A stretch of 64,000 nt of DNA from an uncultured bacterium (GCA_963710755.1 CAVQBK010000006.1:32001-96000); one strand, 5' to 3'; numbered from the stretch's first letter, positions 10,586 to 22,107 are shown. Program-made: numbers and translations. The notes: a model not told the origin generated them from the sequence alone.

Positions 10586-11827
10586 TCAGGGTTGAAACCG
10601 TTTCACCAGAATGGAGACATTGTGCCCACCAAAGCCAAAGGAATTGGAAAGTACATTGGTCACCGTGGTTTTCCGCGGCCCTTCCTTAATATAATCCAGA
10701 TCACATTCCGGATCCTGATGCTCAAGATTAATGGTTGAATGTAAAATTTGTTCTTCCAGGGACTTGACCACAGCCACGAACTCCACACCGCCGGCAGCGC
10801 CAAGGGCATGGCCGATCATGGATTTGGTGGAGGAGATTGCCAGTTTGTAAGCATGATCGCCAAACACACGCTTGATGGCTCGAGTCTCACCGATATCGCC
10901 CAAAGGGGTGGAGGTGCCGTGGGCATTAATATAATCAATATCTTCCGGCTTTAACCCGGCATCCAAAATAGCCAATTCCATGGCCCGGGCTCCGCCCCGT
11001 CCGTCTTCCCAGGGGGCTGTCATGTGATAGGCATCATCCGACATACCGCAGCCCGCCATTTCAGCTAAAATCGTGGCGCCCCGGCCCTGCGCATGTTCCA
11101 GGGATTCCAGTACTGCCAACCCGGCACCCTCACCAATCAGAAAGCCATCGCGATCTTTGTCAAAAGGACGGCTGGCACGCGCGGGATCATCATTACGGGT
11201 GGTCAACGCCTTGGCACTGCAAAATCCGGCTACTGATAATTGAGTAATAGCTGATTCGGTGCCACCGGCAATAACCACATCCGCATCACCCCGTTCGATA
11301 ATGCGGGTCGCGTCGGCCAGAGCATTGTTACCGGACGCGCAGGCCGTGACGACCGCCATATTGGGTCCGCAAAATCCATATTTGATAGCAATTTGACCGG
11401 GGGACGCATTGGGGATCATCATGGGAACAAGAAAAGGAGATACGCGGCCAGGACCTTTTTCGTATAAATTTACTTTTTGCGTTTCCGCCACGCCGATACC
11501 GCCGATACCACAGCCAACAATGACACCCACCCGTTCCTTGTTCAGGTTATCCAAATCCAATCGGGCATGCTTAATGGCTTCATCGGCCGCGACCATGGAA
11601 TATTGCACGAACAAATCCATACGTTTGATCTCTTTACGGTCAATGACCGAGCTGGGATCAAAGTCCTTAATTTCAGCGGCAATTTTCGTCGTAAATTGTT
11701 CAGGATCAAAGTGGGTAATCGGTCCGGCGCCAGATTTTCCGGCCAGCAAATTTTTCCAATAGGTTTCTACATTGTTCCCAAGCGGTGTAACCGCACCCAA
11801 GCCGGTTACGACAACCCTTCGTGACAT
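10586..11827 (-). CDS. fabF: Beta-ketoacyl-ACP synthase II
   Basis: TACASG, INAHGTST, SMIGHALGAAG, SNSFGFGG; ATG 11827 after GGAGG. Confidence 0.97.
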   Translation of the reverse strand: MSRRVVVTGLGAVTPLGNNVETYWKNLLAGKSGAGPITHFDPEQFTTKIAAEIKDFDPSSVIDRKEIKRMDLFVQYSMVAADEAIKHARLDLDNLNKERVGVIVGCGIGGIGVAETQKVNLYEKGPGRVSPFLVPMMIPNASPGQIAIKYGFCGPNMAVVTACASGNNALADATRIIERGDADVVIAGGTESAITQLSVAGFCSAKALTTRNDDPARASRPFDKDRDGFLIGEGAGLAVLESLEHAQGRGATILAEMAGCGMSDDAYHMTAPWEDGRGGARAMELAILDAGLKPEDIDYINAHGTSTPLGDIGETRAIKRVFGDHAYKLAISSTKSMIGHALGAAGGVEFVAVVKSLEEQILHSTINLEHQDPECDLDYIKEGPRKTTVTNVLSNSFGFGGHNVSILVKRFQP

Positions 11828-12100
11828 AGGTCCTCCTGCGGTGTTTTGTTCTGCTGCTATGGAACCCCGCGGGCTTAGCCGTTGTGGTACCACTTCTAAT
11901 TTTCACCAGCTGTACATTCCAGCCGGGCCATTGCCCGGGAAACGTCAAACCGGTGTTTTTTCCGGGCATACCCGGGCGTGCACTCATTCCTCAGGTTTGG
12001 ATAATAAAATATCCACCTGTCCGCTACAGCGCACAGAGAATCCCTAACAGTTATTATTCATCCCGGTTGGTTAACCGTTAACTGTGTTGATCCAGATGAT

Positions 12101-12139
12101 GACTTGGCCTCCTGGGACTTACAACCTGGAGGCCAAGTC
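12101..12139 (-). other. Strong hairpin downstream of acpP (partial terminator or stabiliser)
   Basis: GACTTGGCCTCC...GGAGGCCAAGTC, 12-bp perfect stem without clear U tract. Confidence 0.5.
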
Positions 12140-12173
12140 GTACTAACCGAAGAATGAGATCAAAAGAGTTGAC

Positions 12174-12419
12174 TTATGACTGAGCAACGTTGGCGTGAGA
12201 TTTGATATAATCAATAGCATCGCCTACAGTTTTGATTTTTTCCGCTTCTTCATCAGGAATTTCCATGTTGAATTCTTCTTCCAAAGCCATAACCAATTCA
12301 ACCGTATCCAATGAATCGGCGCCCAAATCTTCAATAAAAGATGCTTCAGGCGTTACCTCATCGGCGTCAACACCCAATTGATCCACAATAATTTCTTTTA
12401 CTTTTTCTTCTAAAGCCAC
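12174..12419 (-). CDS. acpP: Acyl carrier protein
   Basis: [20 protein letters not shown]. Confidence 0.98.
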   Translation of the reverse strand: MALEEKVKEIIVDQLGVDADEVTPEASFIEDLGADSLDTVELVMALEEEFNMEIPDEEAEKIKTVGDAIDYIKSHANVAQS

Positions 12420-12501
12420 GCTCGTATGTCCTCCTTGTATAATTTTGTGTTTATTATAGTTTCACTATATTCCCTGGATTTTATGTTGGCTTGGTTAAGT
12501 T

Positions 12502-13248
12502 CTAATGCATCACCATCCCGCCGTCAACGGCCAAAACTTGTCCTGTGACATAGGTCGCATCATCCGACGCTAGAAAGCACACAGTTTTCGCAACATCCTC
12601 CGCTTCACCAAATCGACCCAGAGGGATAAGATTTTGCATGGCCTGTTTCACATCTTCGCTCAATTTGTCGGTCATGGCGGTCTTAATGAATCCTGGCGCC
12701 ACAGCATTAACCGTCACCCCGCGGGAAGCCAATTCCTTGGCAGCGGTTTTAGTTAATCCGATCACACCGGCTTTACTGGCGGAGTAATTAGCCTGCCCGG
12801 CATTCCCCATCAATCCCACCACGGATGCGATATTAACAATGCGTCCGTAGCGCTGCTTCATCATCGGTCTGGTAGCCGCTTTGATGCAATTAAAAGTCCC
12901 TTTAAGGTTGATCGCGATAACCAAATCCCAGTCGGCTTCACTCATGCGCATCATCAGACCGTCGCGCGTGACGCCTGCGTTATTGATCAATACATCGAGG
13001 CGAGTATATTTGTCAATGATTTTTTTAATTCCCGCTTCAACATCTTCCGGCGAGGAAACATCCATTTTCAAAGCCATCATTTCCCGGCCGCTTTGACTGC
13101 CAAGCGTCCGGGCGGCTTCTTGAGCCTTTTCCAAATTCACATCAGCAATCACCAAGGTGGCTCCGGCCGTGTTTAAGGTGTTGGCAATGGCATACCCAAT
13201 ACCCTGAGCGCCTCCGGTCACCAAAGCAATTTTACCTTCTAATGTCAT
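12502..13248 (-). CDS. fabG: 3-oxoacyl-ACP reductase
   Basis: TGGAQGIG, NNAGVTRD, YSASK; fab operon context. Confidence 0.96.
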   Translation of the reverse strand: MTLEGKIALVTGGAQGIGYAIANTLNTAGATLVIADVNLEKAQEAARTLGSQSGREMMALKMDVSSPEDVEAGIKKIIDKYTRLDVLINNAGVTRDGLMMRMSEADWDLVIAINLKGTFNCIKAATRPMMKQRYGRIVNIASVVGLMGNAGQANYSASKAGVIGLTKTAAKELASRGVTVNAVAPGFIKTAMTDKLSEDVKQAMQNLIPLGRFGEAEDVAKTVCFLASDDATYVTGQVLAVDGGMVMH

Positions 13249-13309
13249 CTCTTTCCTCCCTTTTCACGATCAGCGATTAGTCGTCAGGCTCACCAGGTAG
13301 CCCGGATGC

Positions 13310-14257
13310 TCAAGCCAGCACGGCCGCCTGCTCCCAAACTTTTTTAATCTCTTCGGGGTTAAAGGCACTATAGACGGGAATAGTTTTATCTATCTTCTTC
13401 ATCAATCCCCTCAAAACCTTGCCCGGACCGATTTCCACCATCGTATCCACCCCTTGGGCCAGCATATAACGGATACTGTCCGTCCAACGAACGGTCCCGC
13501 ATACCTGCTCCACCAAACGTTGTTTGATTTCATCGGCATCGCTAACCGGTGAAGCCGTCACATTGGCTACCACCGTATAACGGGGTTGCGTAAACGGTGC
13601 CGTCTGCAGAGCTGGTGTCAGCACTTCGGCAGCGGACTTCATAAAAGATGAGTGAAAGGGACCTGATACTGCCAGAGGCATGACCCGAATGCTTTTAGCC
13701 TGCGCCAAGGTAGTAAAGCGTTCCAAAGCCTGTAGACTGCCGGAAATGACCGTCTGACCGGGGCAATTCAAATTGGCAATTTGAACCTGACCGTCCTGAT
13801 CGGCTTCCCTGCAAAGCTCGGCCACTTCTTGTTCTTCCGGACCTATTACTGCGGCCATCCCCCCCTGGGCTTGGGCCGCTGCCGCCTGCATGGCTTGCCC
13901 CCGCTGCCGAACCAAGCGGAGCGCGGATTCAAAATCAATGGCGCCGGCCGCCACTAAAGCACTGTATTCTCCCAGGGAATGGCCGGCACAGATCACTTGT
14001 TCCGGCTTGGGCGTCCATTTGGTCTGCAAAACCTGCCATGCCGCCACACTGGCAGTGAGCAAAGCCGGTTGCGCAATAGCCGTGTCTTTCAACTTTTCTT
14101 CAGGACCTTCCAGCATTACCTGGCTAAGGTTAAACCCCAAAGTTTTATCAGCCAAGGCATATACCGCTTGTGCTGACGGCAGGGTCTCGATTAAGTCCCT
14201 GCCCATGCCAACAACTTGGGCGCCTTGCCCGGGAAATAGCAACCCTATTTTCGCCAT
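13310..14257 (-). CDS. fabD: Malonyl-CoA:ACP transacylase
   Basis: FPGQGAQ, GHSLGEY, VSGPFHS. Confidence 0.96.
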   Translation of the reverse strand: MAKIGLLFPGQGAQVVGMGRDLIETLPSAQAVYALADKTLGFNLSQVMLEGPEEKLKDTAIAQPALLTASVAAWQVLQTKWTPKPEQVICAGHSLGEYSALVAAGAIDFESALRLVRQRGQAMQAAAAQAQGGMAAVIGPEEQEVAELCREADQDGQVQIANLNCPGQTVISGSLQALERFTTLAQAKSIRVMPLAVSGPFHSSFMKSAAEVLTPALQTAPFTQPRYTVVANVTASPVSDADEIKQRLVEQVCGTVRWTDSIRYMLAQGVDTMVEIGPGKVLRGLMKKIDKTIPVYSAFNPEEIKKVWEQAAVLA

Positions 14258-14315
14258 GAGATACTTCCTTTCCAACTGGATTTAAGCCCGCCTCCGAACT
14301 GATCTGGGTTGGTTT

Positions 14316-15308
14316 TTACCATTTAATAATAAGGGATCCCCAGGTCAGGCCTGCCCCAAAAGCCACCAGGGCGATAGTCATGTCTTTTTTAATTCGTCCA
14401 GATTGCTTGGCTTCGGCCAAGGCAATAGGCACGGAGGCGGCCGAGGTGTTGCTGTAACGGTCGATGTTCACCACCACTTTATCCATAGGCAGATTAAACC
14501 GTTTGGCGGAAGACTGGATAATGCGGATATTGGCTTGATGAGGGATTAACAAATCCAGATCACTATCCTGCAGGCCGGCTTTCTTTAAAGCTTCACTAAC
14601 GGTTTCGCCCACAATTTTAATGGCGAATCTGTAAATTTCAGGTCCGTTCATTTTCATATAGTGTAATTTTTGATCAATGGTTTCATGAGTGGTCGGTGTT
14701 CTGGATCCCCCGGCGGGAATCATCAACTCTTCCAAGCCTTCGCTATTGGCACCCAGTACCGAAGACAGGATCTCCCCTTGCGGACTGTCGTTGGTCAACA
14801 CCACTGCTCCGGCACCATCCCCCATCAGTACGCTGGTGGAACGATCATCCCAGTCCAGCAAACTGGAAAACTTTTCCGTGGCCACGACCAAAACCTTGTT
14901 GGCTTGGCCTGAGGCCACCATCTGGGCACCTGTGATCATGGCATAGACAAAGCCAGAACAAACGGCGCTGAGATCGCAAGCCCCGGCGTTGACCGCGCCG
15001 ATTTTATCCTGGATCAGACAAGCCGTGGCGGGAAATACCATATCGGGAGAGGCGGTGGCGGTCAGGACCAGATCGATCTCCGCGGCAGGGATACCGGCAT
15101 CGTCCAAAGCTCGCTTGGCGGCAATGACACCCAGATCGGAAGCCGCCTGGTCCGGGCCGGCAATTCGCCTTTCCTTGATTCCCGTTCTGCTCTGGATCCA
15201 TTCATCGGAAGTATCCATTTTTTTAGCCAACTCGTCATTGGTCACCACCTGCTCGGGCACATAGAACCCCACACCGGCGATCCCGACTTTTTGTTTCTGC
15301 CTCAACAC
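14316..15308 (-). CDS. fabH: Beta-ketoacyl-ACP synthase III
   Basis: AVCSGF, PHQANIRI, NTSAASVP, FGAGLTWG. Confidence 0.95.
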   Translation of the reverse strand: MLRQKQKVGIAGVGFYVPEQVVTNDELAKKMDTSDEWIQSRTGIKERRIAGPDQAASDLGVIAAKRALDDAGIPAAEIDLVLTATASPDMVFPATACLIQDKIGAVNAGACDLSAVCSGFVYAMITGAQMVASGQANKVLVVATEKFSSLLDWDDRSTSVLMGDGAGAVVLTNDSPQGEILSSVLGANSEGLEELMIPAGGSRTPTTHETIDQKLHYMKMNGPEIYRFAIKIVGETVSEALKKAGLQDSDLDLLIPHQANIRIIQSSAKRFNLPMDKVVVNIDRYSNTSAASVPIALAEAKQSGRIKKDMTIALVAFGAGLTWGSLIIKW

Positions 15309-16321
15309 TCTGCCACTCCATTCTCAACCAAAGAGGCTTCTATTTTATGATTAATATTCACTTCTGCGAAACGAGCTGTTTGTAATAGAGCGTTTTTAAT
15401 GGCCTTGCTGTTGGACTTGCCGTGACCAATCAAGGAAATACCATTTACCCCCAACAAAGGGGCCCCACCGTATTCCTTATAATCCATTTTACGATAGATA
15501 CGTCGCATAATGGGCATCATGGCCGCCGCGGCTATTTTGTTGAGCCATCCGCTTCTCATCATTTCCCGCTTCAAAATATCACCAAAAAACCGGAAAGAGC
15601 CCTCGGCGAATTTAAGGGTGATATTGCCAATAAACCCGTCACAGACCACCACATCGGCTTTGCCGGTCATGACATCCTGCCCCTCAATATTACCTATATA
15701 ATTTATGTTTTTAAGATTTTTAAAAATTTCCTGGCTTTCACGAATTAATTCATTGCCCTTGGATTCTTCCTCCCCCACGGACAATAAACCAACTTTGGGA
15801 TTATCGGTTTTGACGATATGCTGGACAAAAAGAGAACCCATCACTGCAAATTGAGCCAGCATCTTGGGTTTGCTATCTACATTGGCCCCCGCATCCAATA
15901 AAGAAGTGCCGGTACCGTCGTTCAGGGATGGAAAATTAATCAACAGCGCCGGCCGAATAACGCCGGGGATTCTGCCCAAAGTCAACAAAGACACACCCAT
16001 GGCTGCGCCTGTATTGCCGGCTGTAAAAACCGCCTGGGCCTCTCCCTCTTTCACTAATTGATTGGCAAGATGCAAGGAGGAATTCCGCTTCTTCCTGGCC
16101 GCGGTAGCGGGAGAGTCATCCATCTGGATTACATCGGGAGCATGAACAACTTTAATGATCTCGGGGTTGTATTTTTGTTTGCCTAGTTCGGCTTTCAAAA
16201 CTGTTTCGTCACCCACTAATAAAACAGTTAGGTCATCATTTTCACGAGTGGCATCAATAGCCCCAATCACATTAGTCAAGGGACCTTTGTCGCCACCCAT
16301 GGCATCCAGTGCAACTCTCAC
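15302..16321 (-). CDS. plsX: Phosphate acyltransferase PlsX
   Basis: ALDAMGGD, AGNTGA, DAGANVD, GGAPLLG. Confidence 0.96.
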   Translation of the reverse strand: MRVALDAMGGDKGPLTNVIGAIDATRENDDLTVLLVGDETVLKAELGKQKYNPEIIKVVHAPDVIQMDDSPATAARKKRNSSLHLANQLVKEGEAQAVFTAGNTGAAMGVSLLTLGRIPGVIRPALLINFPSLNDGTGTSLLDAGANVDSKPKMLAQFAVMGSLFVQHIVKTDNPKVGLLSVGEEESKGNELIRESQEIFKNLKNINYIGNIEGQDVMTGKADVVVCDGFIGNITLKFAEGSFRFFGDILKREMMRSGWLNKIAAAAMMPIMRRIYRKMDYKEYGGAPLLGVNGISLIGHGKSNSKAIKNALLQTARFAEVNINHKIEASLVENGVAEC

Positions 16322-16341
16322 CTCACGGCACCTCTCAGTAA

Positions 16342-16524
16342 TTATTCGTTGTCGGTGTTGATAATTTCCTTACCTCGATAATAACCGCAATTCGGGCACA
16401 AACGGTGGGGTTGTTTGGGTTGATGGCACTGGGCACACAGCGCCATACTGACATTTTCAATTTTCCAATTGGCGCGATGACTGTGGGTACGCGCTTTAGA
16501 CCATTTTCTTTTCGGATTGGGCAT
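16342..16524 (-). CDS. rpmF: 50S ribosomal protein L32 (Zn-ribbon type)
   Basis: MPNPKRKWSKAR...CAQC...HRLCPNCGYY. Confidence 0.95.
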   Translation of the reverse strand: MPNPKRKWSKARTHSHRANWKIENVSMALCAQCHQPKQPHRLCPNCGYYRGKEIINTDNE

Positions 16525-16558
16525 TTTATTTTGTTCCTCCTGCAATAATCCCGTTGCT

Positions 16559-17086
16559 TTATTTTTTTTCAAACGGCCAGTTTTTCAAAGCCGAAAAAGG
16601 TGTCGCCCGGACGCTGGGGGAACAGCGGCAGGAACCACGATTCAACTCAGCACCGCAGTGCGAACAAAGCCCTTTGCATGCCTCCGTACAGAGCGGTCTC
16701 ATGGGCAGAGCTAATAAAAGGGCGCTGCGAATTTCCGGTATCAGGTCCAATTGGTCTCCCGGGCAAATAATCAATCCGGGATCTTGATCCTGGACGGACT
16801 CCTCTCGCGAATGCTTGAACTCCGGGGGCGTCGGCTGAATAATAAACAACAGCTCTGCGCTCAGGTCATGGCTAAATTCCGTCAAACATCGGCTGCACGA
16901 CAACTCCACTTGCGTTGTTGCCCGGCCGCGAATCACCACTTGTTCGCCGGTACGATAGAGCTCCAGATCAATCATCACCGGGTGGTCAAAGATCTCTTCC
17001 TCAGGAAGATTGAAGAAATGGCCCGCAAGTTCTGTTCTGAAAAACTGGGAATCGTTTTTTATGGAATTCAGATTGATGGTCAGCAT
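16559..17086 (-). CDS. yceD: YceD/DUF177 family protein
   Basis: CSRCL, LPMRPLCTEACKGLCSHCG; upstream of rpmF. Confidence 0.9.
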   Translation of the reverse strand: MLTINLNSIKNDSQFFRTELAGHFFNLPEEEIFDHPVMIDLELYRTGEQVVIRGRATTQVELSCSRCLTEFSHDLSAELLFIIQPTPPEFKHSREESVQDQDPGLIICPGDQLDLIPEIRSALLLALPMRPLCTEACKGLCSHCGAELNRGSCRCSPSVRATPFSALKNWPFEKK

Positions 17087-17182
17087 CTTTTGCAACCATT
17101 TTCCAGTAGCCAAGCGTCCAGCTCAGCGTTGCCAAAAGCATTTAAATAGGCAACTTATTAAAAAAACTCAAAAAGAGGTGCA

Positions 17183-17211
17183 ATTATAGCCACCCACCTT
17201 GGGGTTGTCAA
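17183..17211 (-). promoter_or_regulatory. Consensus sigma70 promoter of yceD-rpmF-fab operon
   Basis: TTGACA-17 bp-TATAAT, perfect consensus. Confidence 0.85.
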
Positions 17212-17291
17212 TCATAAAACGGCAATAACTGTGGCCCTGGACACTCATTTCCAACCGGGCCCTATAGCACCCCGTCACAGGATACATTTTT

Positions 17292-17678
17292 TTATTTTTG
17301 CGGATTTGCCGTATCCGTCTGGCCGGCAGCATTGTCGGCCGCACTGCCGGGATTGGATTGTGTCGATTGATCAGGCAACTTTTCCGGGACAGCTTGATTG
17401 TTTTCCGTAGGTAATTGTTGCATAACGCCCCGGTAATTTTTCACGCTCTTGGAGGACATTACGGACAGCGTGATGGAGGTCACCATAAATCCAATGGCCA
17501 ATCCTGCGGTAACACGGGCAAAGAAGTTCTTACCTCCTGATGACCCAAACACCGTCTGGGAGGCTCCGCCCCCGAAGGAAAATCCGGCGCTGGCACCTTT
17601 CCCTGCCTGAAGTAATACCACAACAATCAGCACCACGCAAATAATAACATGGAGCACCCATAATAGATCTAGCAGCAT
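17292..17678 (-). CDS. secG: Preprotein translocase subunit SecG
   Basis: LIVVVLLQAGKG...FGGGASQTVFG, two TM segments; downstream of tpiA. Confidence 0.92.
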   Translation of the reverse strand: MLLDLLWVLHVIICVVLIVVVLLQAGKGASAGFSFGGGASQTVFGSSGGKNFFARVTAGLAIGFMVTSITLSVMSSKSVKNYRGVMQQLPTENNQAVPEKLPDQSTQSNPGSAADNAAGQTDTANPQK

Positions 17679-17890
17679 GCTCGTCCTCCCTTGAAATTTT
17701 AATACGTCTTCGCCAATTCCCCGCATTTCGAAACGGTGTCACAACGCACCGAAACTCATACCACTTCCCCCTCTTTTCTATTTTCAGGAGGTAGGGTGAT
17801 GGTTATCCGGCATTTTTTCAATTACGACATAATCGCTTATTGCGGAATATTTTTGTCCCTTCCGGGCCAACCACCTGAAGCTGATCAGGG

Positions 17891-18646
17891 TCAGGCTTTA
17901 AAGTTGACCAAGGCTGCGAAGGAATCCGCTTTTAAACTGGCGCCTCCCACCAAGGCCCCGTCGATATCTTCCTTGGACATCAATTCCTTGACATTATCCG
18001 GCTTGACACTGCCACCGTATTGAATTCTGATTACGTCGGCTGTTGCTTTTCCGGCCAGTTGACCCAGTTGAGCCCGAATGAAAGCATGTACTTCCTGGGC
18101 TTGTTCCGGGGTGGCGGTTTTGCCGGTACCGATGGCCCATACCGGTTCGTAGGCAATAATAATTTTCGCAAAATCCTCGTCACTCAGGCCAGTCAATCCA
18201 CCCCTTAATTGGCTGCCAACCACAGCCTCCACTTTGCCCGCTTCTCGTTCTTCCAGAGTCTCCCCCACACAGACAATTGGCACCAGGCCTGCAGCCAGGG
18301 CGGCTTTGAGTTTTTTATTAACCGTTTCATCGGTTTCCCCGAAATACTGCCGCCGTTCGGAATGACCAATGATAACATAAGTACAGCCCGCATCCTTTAA
18401 TAAACTCGAAGAAACTTCGCCGGTAAACGCACCGGATTCTTCCCAAAAGACATTTTGCGCACCCAGTTTCACTTGGCTGCCGGTCAGGACCTGGCCTACA
18501 GTTTCCAGTGCCGTATACACCGGGCATAAAACAATATCCACGCCTTGGCTGTCTTGGGTCTGTTCCACAATGCCTTTGGCCAAGGCCTGGGCTTCCATTC
18601 TGGTTTTATTGAGTTTCCAATTTCCTGCTATGATCGGGGTGCGCAT
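17891..18646 (-). CDS. tpiA: Triosephosphate isomerase
   Basis: [27 protein letters not shown]. Confidence 0.98.
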   Translation of the reverse strand: MRTPIIAGNWKLNKTRMEAQALAKGIVEQTQDSQGVDIVLCPVYTALETVGQVLTGSQVKLGAQNVFWEESGAFTGEVSSSLLKDAGCTYVIIGHSERRQYFGETDETVNKKLKAALAAGLVPIVCVGETLEEREAGKVEAVVGSQLRGGLTGLSDEDFAKIIIAYEPVWAIGTGKTATPEQAQEVHAFIRAQLGQLAGKATADVIRIQYGGSVKPDNVKELMSKEDIDGALVGGASLKADSFAALVNFKA

Positions 18647-18670
18647 GACGGGTCATCCTTTCAAATAAAA

Positions 18671-19864
18671 TTATTTATTGGTTAGGGCTTCCACCCCGGG
18701 CAGCACTTTGCCTTCCAAAAATTCCAGCGAGGCGCCGCCGCCGGTAGACACATGGCTCATTTTGTCTGCCATTCCCATTTGGGTAACCGCCGCCACGGAA
18801 TCGCCTCCGCCCACAATGGTGGTGGCCTGCGATTCGGACAGCACCTTGGCAATAGCCAAGGTCCCTTTAGCAAAGGGTTCCATCTCAAACACCCCCATGG
18901 GGCCGTTCCACACAATGGTTTTGGCGGGGCGCAGGGCAGCGGAAAATTTTTCAATAGTATAAGGGCCGATATCCATGCCTTCCCAGCCCTCCTCAATCGT
19001 ACCGCGGGCTACATGCTTGATATTAGCAGTGGCACTAAAATCATCGGCTACGATATGGTCAATAGGCAGCAGGAAGGTTTTGCTCAACTCTAAAGCCTGC
19101 TTCAAAATTTCTCGGGCCGTGGGTACCAAGTCATCCTCGCAGAGGGATTTGCCGATGCCAACACCCTTGGCTTTCAAAAAAGTATAAGCCATGCCCCCGC
19201 CGATGATCAAGCCATCCACCTTGGGCAGTAAATTTTTAATTACTTCCAATTTGCCCGAGACCTTGGCTCCGCCCAAAATAGCCACAAAGGGTCTGGCTGG
19301 ATCGGAGATGGCCTGACCCAAATAATCAATTTCCTTTTCCATTAAAAAGCCGGCGGCCGCCTGCTTAACCAGATGGGCTACGCCTTCCGTGGAACAATGA
19401 GCGCGATGAGCTGATCCAAAAGCGTCATTGACATATAGGTCGGCCAAAGCCGCCAGTTGTTTGGAAAATTCCGGGTCATTCTTGGTCTCCCCTTTGACAA
19501 AGCGGACATTTTCCAACATCATCACATCACCACTTTGTAATTTTCCGGCCATGGCGGTAACCTGTTCCCCTATAACTTCGGGAGCCATTTTAACGTCACA
19601 ATGGAGGAGTTCACCCAAGCGCTTGGCTACAGGTGCCAGAGAATAGTTTTCCTTATCCGAGGGGTCGCCTTTGGGTCTTCCCAGATGAGAGCAGAGGATC
19701 AACTTGGCGCCCGCCTCGTGCAAATAACTTATGGTCTGGAGCGCCTTTTGAATCCTGGTATCATCGGTGATGTTGTGATTGTCATCCATAGGCACATTGA
19801 AATCCACCCGTACCAACACCCGCTGGTCTTTCACTTGCAAATCTTTAACTGTTAACTTGTTCAT
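18671..19864 (-). CDS. pgk: Phosphoglycerate kinase
   Basis: RVDFNVP, SHLGRP, STGGGASLEFLEG. Confidence 0.98.
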   Translation of the reverse strand: MNKLTVKDLQVKDQRVLVRVDFNVPMDDNHNITDDTRIQKALQTISYLHEAGAKLILCSHLGRPKGDPSDKENYSLAPVAKRLGELLHCDVKMAPEVIGEQVTAMAGKLQSGDVMMLENVRFVKGETKNDPEFSKQLAALADLYVNDAFGSAHRAHCSTEGVAHLVKQAAAGFLMEKEIDYLGQAISDPARPFVAILGGAKVSGKLEVIKNLLPKVDGLIIGGGMAYTFLKAKGVGIGKSLCEDDLVPTAREILKQALELSKTFLLPIDHIVADDFSATANIKHVARGTIEEGWEGMDIGPYTIEKFSAALRPAKTIVWNGPMGVFEMEPFAKGTLAIAKVLSESQATTIVGGGDSVAAVTQMGMADKMSHVSTGGGASLEFLEGKVLPGVEALTNK

Positions 19865-20009
19865 AGGAGCCCCCCTCTTGAAGAGCATGGTTGATTGCAA
19901 AACAATAGCGCGATACGTTAAATGCTGATTCGGTACTACCGTTCATAACAAAGGCAGCGGGAACGGTATTGACCACCCCCGCTGCCCTGCCATGTTAAAA
20001 ATTCCTGAT

Positions 20010-21002
20010 TTATTTCGTGATGAGTTTCATTAAATCCACTACGCGGTTGGAATAACCCCACTCATTATCATACCAAGCCATAACCTTAACTAAATCGTTG
20101 ATGACATAAGTAGAAGCGGCATCGACGATGGAGGAAGCAGGATTACCGTTGAAATCACGGGACACCAACGGTTCATCAGAATACTTCAAGTAAGGATTGG
20201 AGGCCGTGGCTTCCTTCATAAAAGCGTTAACTTCCTCTTTGGTGGTCGCTTTTTCAACTTTGACAACCAGATCCACCAAGGAAACATTGGGGGTAGGCAC
20301 ACGGATAGCCAAGCCATCCAATTTACCTTTCAGTTCAGGAATCACCAAGCCAATGGCTTTCGCAGCACCGGTGGTGGTTGGAATCATGGACATGGCCGCA
20401 GCCCGGGCCCGGCGCAGATCCTTGTGCGGGGCATCCAGAATGACCTGGTCATTGGTATAGGAATGAATAGTGGTCATCATGCCTGAAATAATACCCAATT
20501 TTTCTTTCAACACCTTGGCCACCGGGGCCAAGCAGTTGGTGGTGCAGGAGGCGTTGGATACAACATGATGTTTGCTGCTGTCAAATTGGTTGTCATTGAC
20601 CCCCATGACAATGGTAATGTCCTCATTTTTAGCAGGCGCACTGATAATAACTTTCTTGGCACCGGCAGTAATGTGGGCTTTGGCTTTGGTAGCATCGGTA
20701 AAACGACCGGTGGATTCCACCACCACTTCAACCCCCATGCTGCCCCAAGGCAGTTTTTCCGGATCTCTTTCGGCCACCACTTTAACACTTTTGCCGTCGA
20801 TAACGATTTCGCCGTCACCGGCTTTTACCTCTCCGGGATAGACGCCAAAGACCGAATCATATTTAAACAAGTGGGCCAAAGTGGCGGCATCGGTCAAGTC
20901 GTTAACCGCCACCACATCCACGTCCGCCTTGCTGGTTAAAATGGCCCGCATTACACCCCGGCCAATACGCCCGAATCCATTAATGCCTGCTTTAATGCTC
21001 AT
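20010..21002 (-). CDS. gap: Type I glyceraldehyde-3-phosphate dehydrogenase
   Basis: [26 protein letters not shown]. Confidence 0.98.
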   Translation of the reverse strand: MSIKAGINGFGRIGRGVMRAILTSKADVDVVAVNDLTDAATLAHLFKYDSVFGVYPGEVKAGDGEIVIDGKSVKVVAERDPEKLPWGSMGVEVVVESTGRFTDATKAKAHITAGAKKVIISAPAKNEDITIVMGVNDNQFDSSKHHVVSNASCTTNCLAPVAKVLKEKLGIISGMMTTIHSYTNDQVILDAPHKDLRRARAAAMSMIPTTTGAAKAIGLVIPELKGKLDGLAIRVPTPNVSLVDLVVKVEKATTKEEVNAFMKEATASNPYLKYSDEPLVSRDFNGNPASSIVDAASTYVINDLVKVMAWYDNEWGYSNRVVDLMKLITK

Positions 21003-21132
21003 TTTTATATATCCTCCTTTTGATTTCCTGGTGTTTATTATATTAAATAAACGGCGGGTATTTTGTCATATGCCGATTTATTCGTCAATCACTTTTTAAA
21101 TTTCAGCATGGTTTTTTCAGGAAAAATCAGGA

Positions 21133-22107
21133 CTAGATCCATTTTCTCTTTTTCAGAAAGATGATCATGCCCGAAATGGCCACCACCAACAAACCCATTA
21201 CAAAGTAATAGCCCTTGATCCCCCAGGTAAACTCCGGCATTTTAACATTCATACCGTAAAAACTGGTGATCAACGTCATCGGCATCATGATGGTGGTGAT
21301 GATGGTCAGGGTTTTCATAATGGCGTTCAGACGGTGGGACACCATGGACAAATAAGCATCCATAGTGGAATTAAGAATATCACGGTAGGTGTCCAGCAAG
21401 TTACTGACGCGTTCAATATGGTCATAAACATCGCGAAAATAAGCCCCCAGGGATCGCTTGATCAAGGGGTTGTTGGCCCGGCCTAAAATCCCCACAATGC
21501 GCCGCTGGGGCACAATAAAATTGCGCATGGTCAGAATGCTTTTTTTAAGATCCACAATGGTTTCCAGGAGCTGCTCATCGGCACCGGCCAATACCTGATC
21601 TTCCACATTTTCTACATCATTTTCCAATTGATCCATCACTGGAAAATAACCGTCCACCACATTGTCGATGATGGCATGCAGTAAAAAACCGGGTCCCTGC
21701 TGCATGGATTGTAACTTGTTGTTTAAACACATCTGGAACAAACGGGATACAGAAGGCAAAGGATCGGTGTGAATGGTTAGAACATAATTTTTCCCCAGGA
21801 AAATATTAACTTCCCTGGCTTTAATCTCCTGGTCCTTGTTGCGGGGATAACTCATTTCATGAACAACGACAAAGAGGTAATCCGTATAATCATCGATTTT
21901 GGGCTGATTCTGCGGAAATATGGCATCTTCAATAGCCAGTTGGTGGAATTTAAAAATATCCACCATAAGGTCGATGTCATCTTCGGAAGGATTGGTAATG
22001 TCCACCCAAAGCAGATTGCTGCTGTTTTTCAACAAGGGGACAATCTTTTTAGGCTGGTCTATTTTCACCAGCCCTTTTTCTTTATTATAATTCAACGCTT
22101 GCAGCAT
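21133..22107 (-). CDS. corA: Magnesium/cobalt transporter CorA
   Basis: YGMN motif, MPEF loop, two C-terminal TM helices. Confidence 0.93.
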   Translation of the reverse strand: MLQALNYNKEKGLVKIDQPKKIVPLLKNSSNLLWVDITNPSEDDIDLMVDIFKFHQLAIEDAIFPQNQPKIDDYTDYLFVVVHEMSYPRNKDQEIKAREVNIFLGKNYVLTIHTDPLPSVSRLFQMCLNNKLQSMQQGPGFLLHAIIDNVVDGYFPVMDQLENDVENVEDQVLAGADEQLLETIVDLKKSILTMRNFIVPQRRIVGILGRANNPLIKRSLGAYFRDVYDHIERVSNLLDTYRDILNSTMDAYLSMVSHRLNAIMKTLTIITTIMMPMTLITSFYGMNVKMPEFTWGIKGYYFVMGLLVVAISGMIIFLKKRKWI

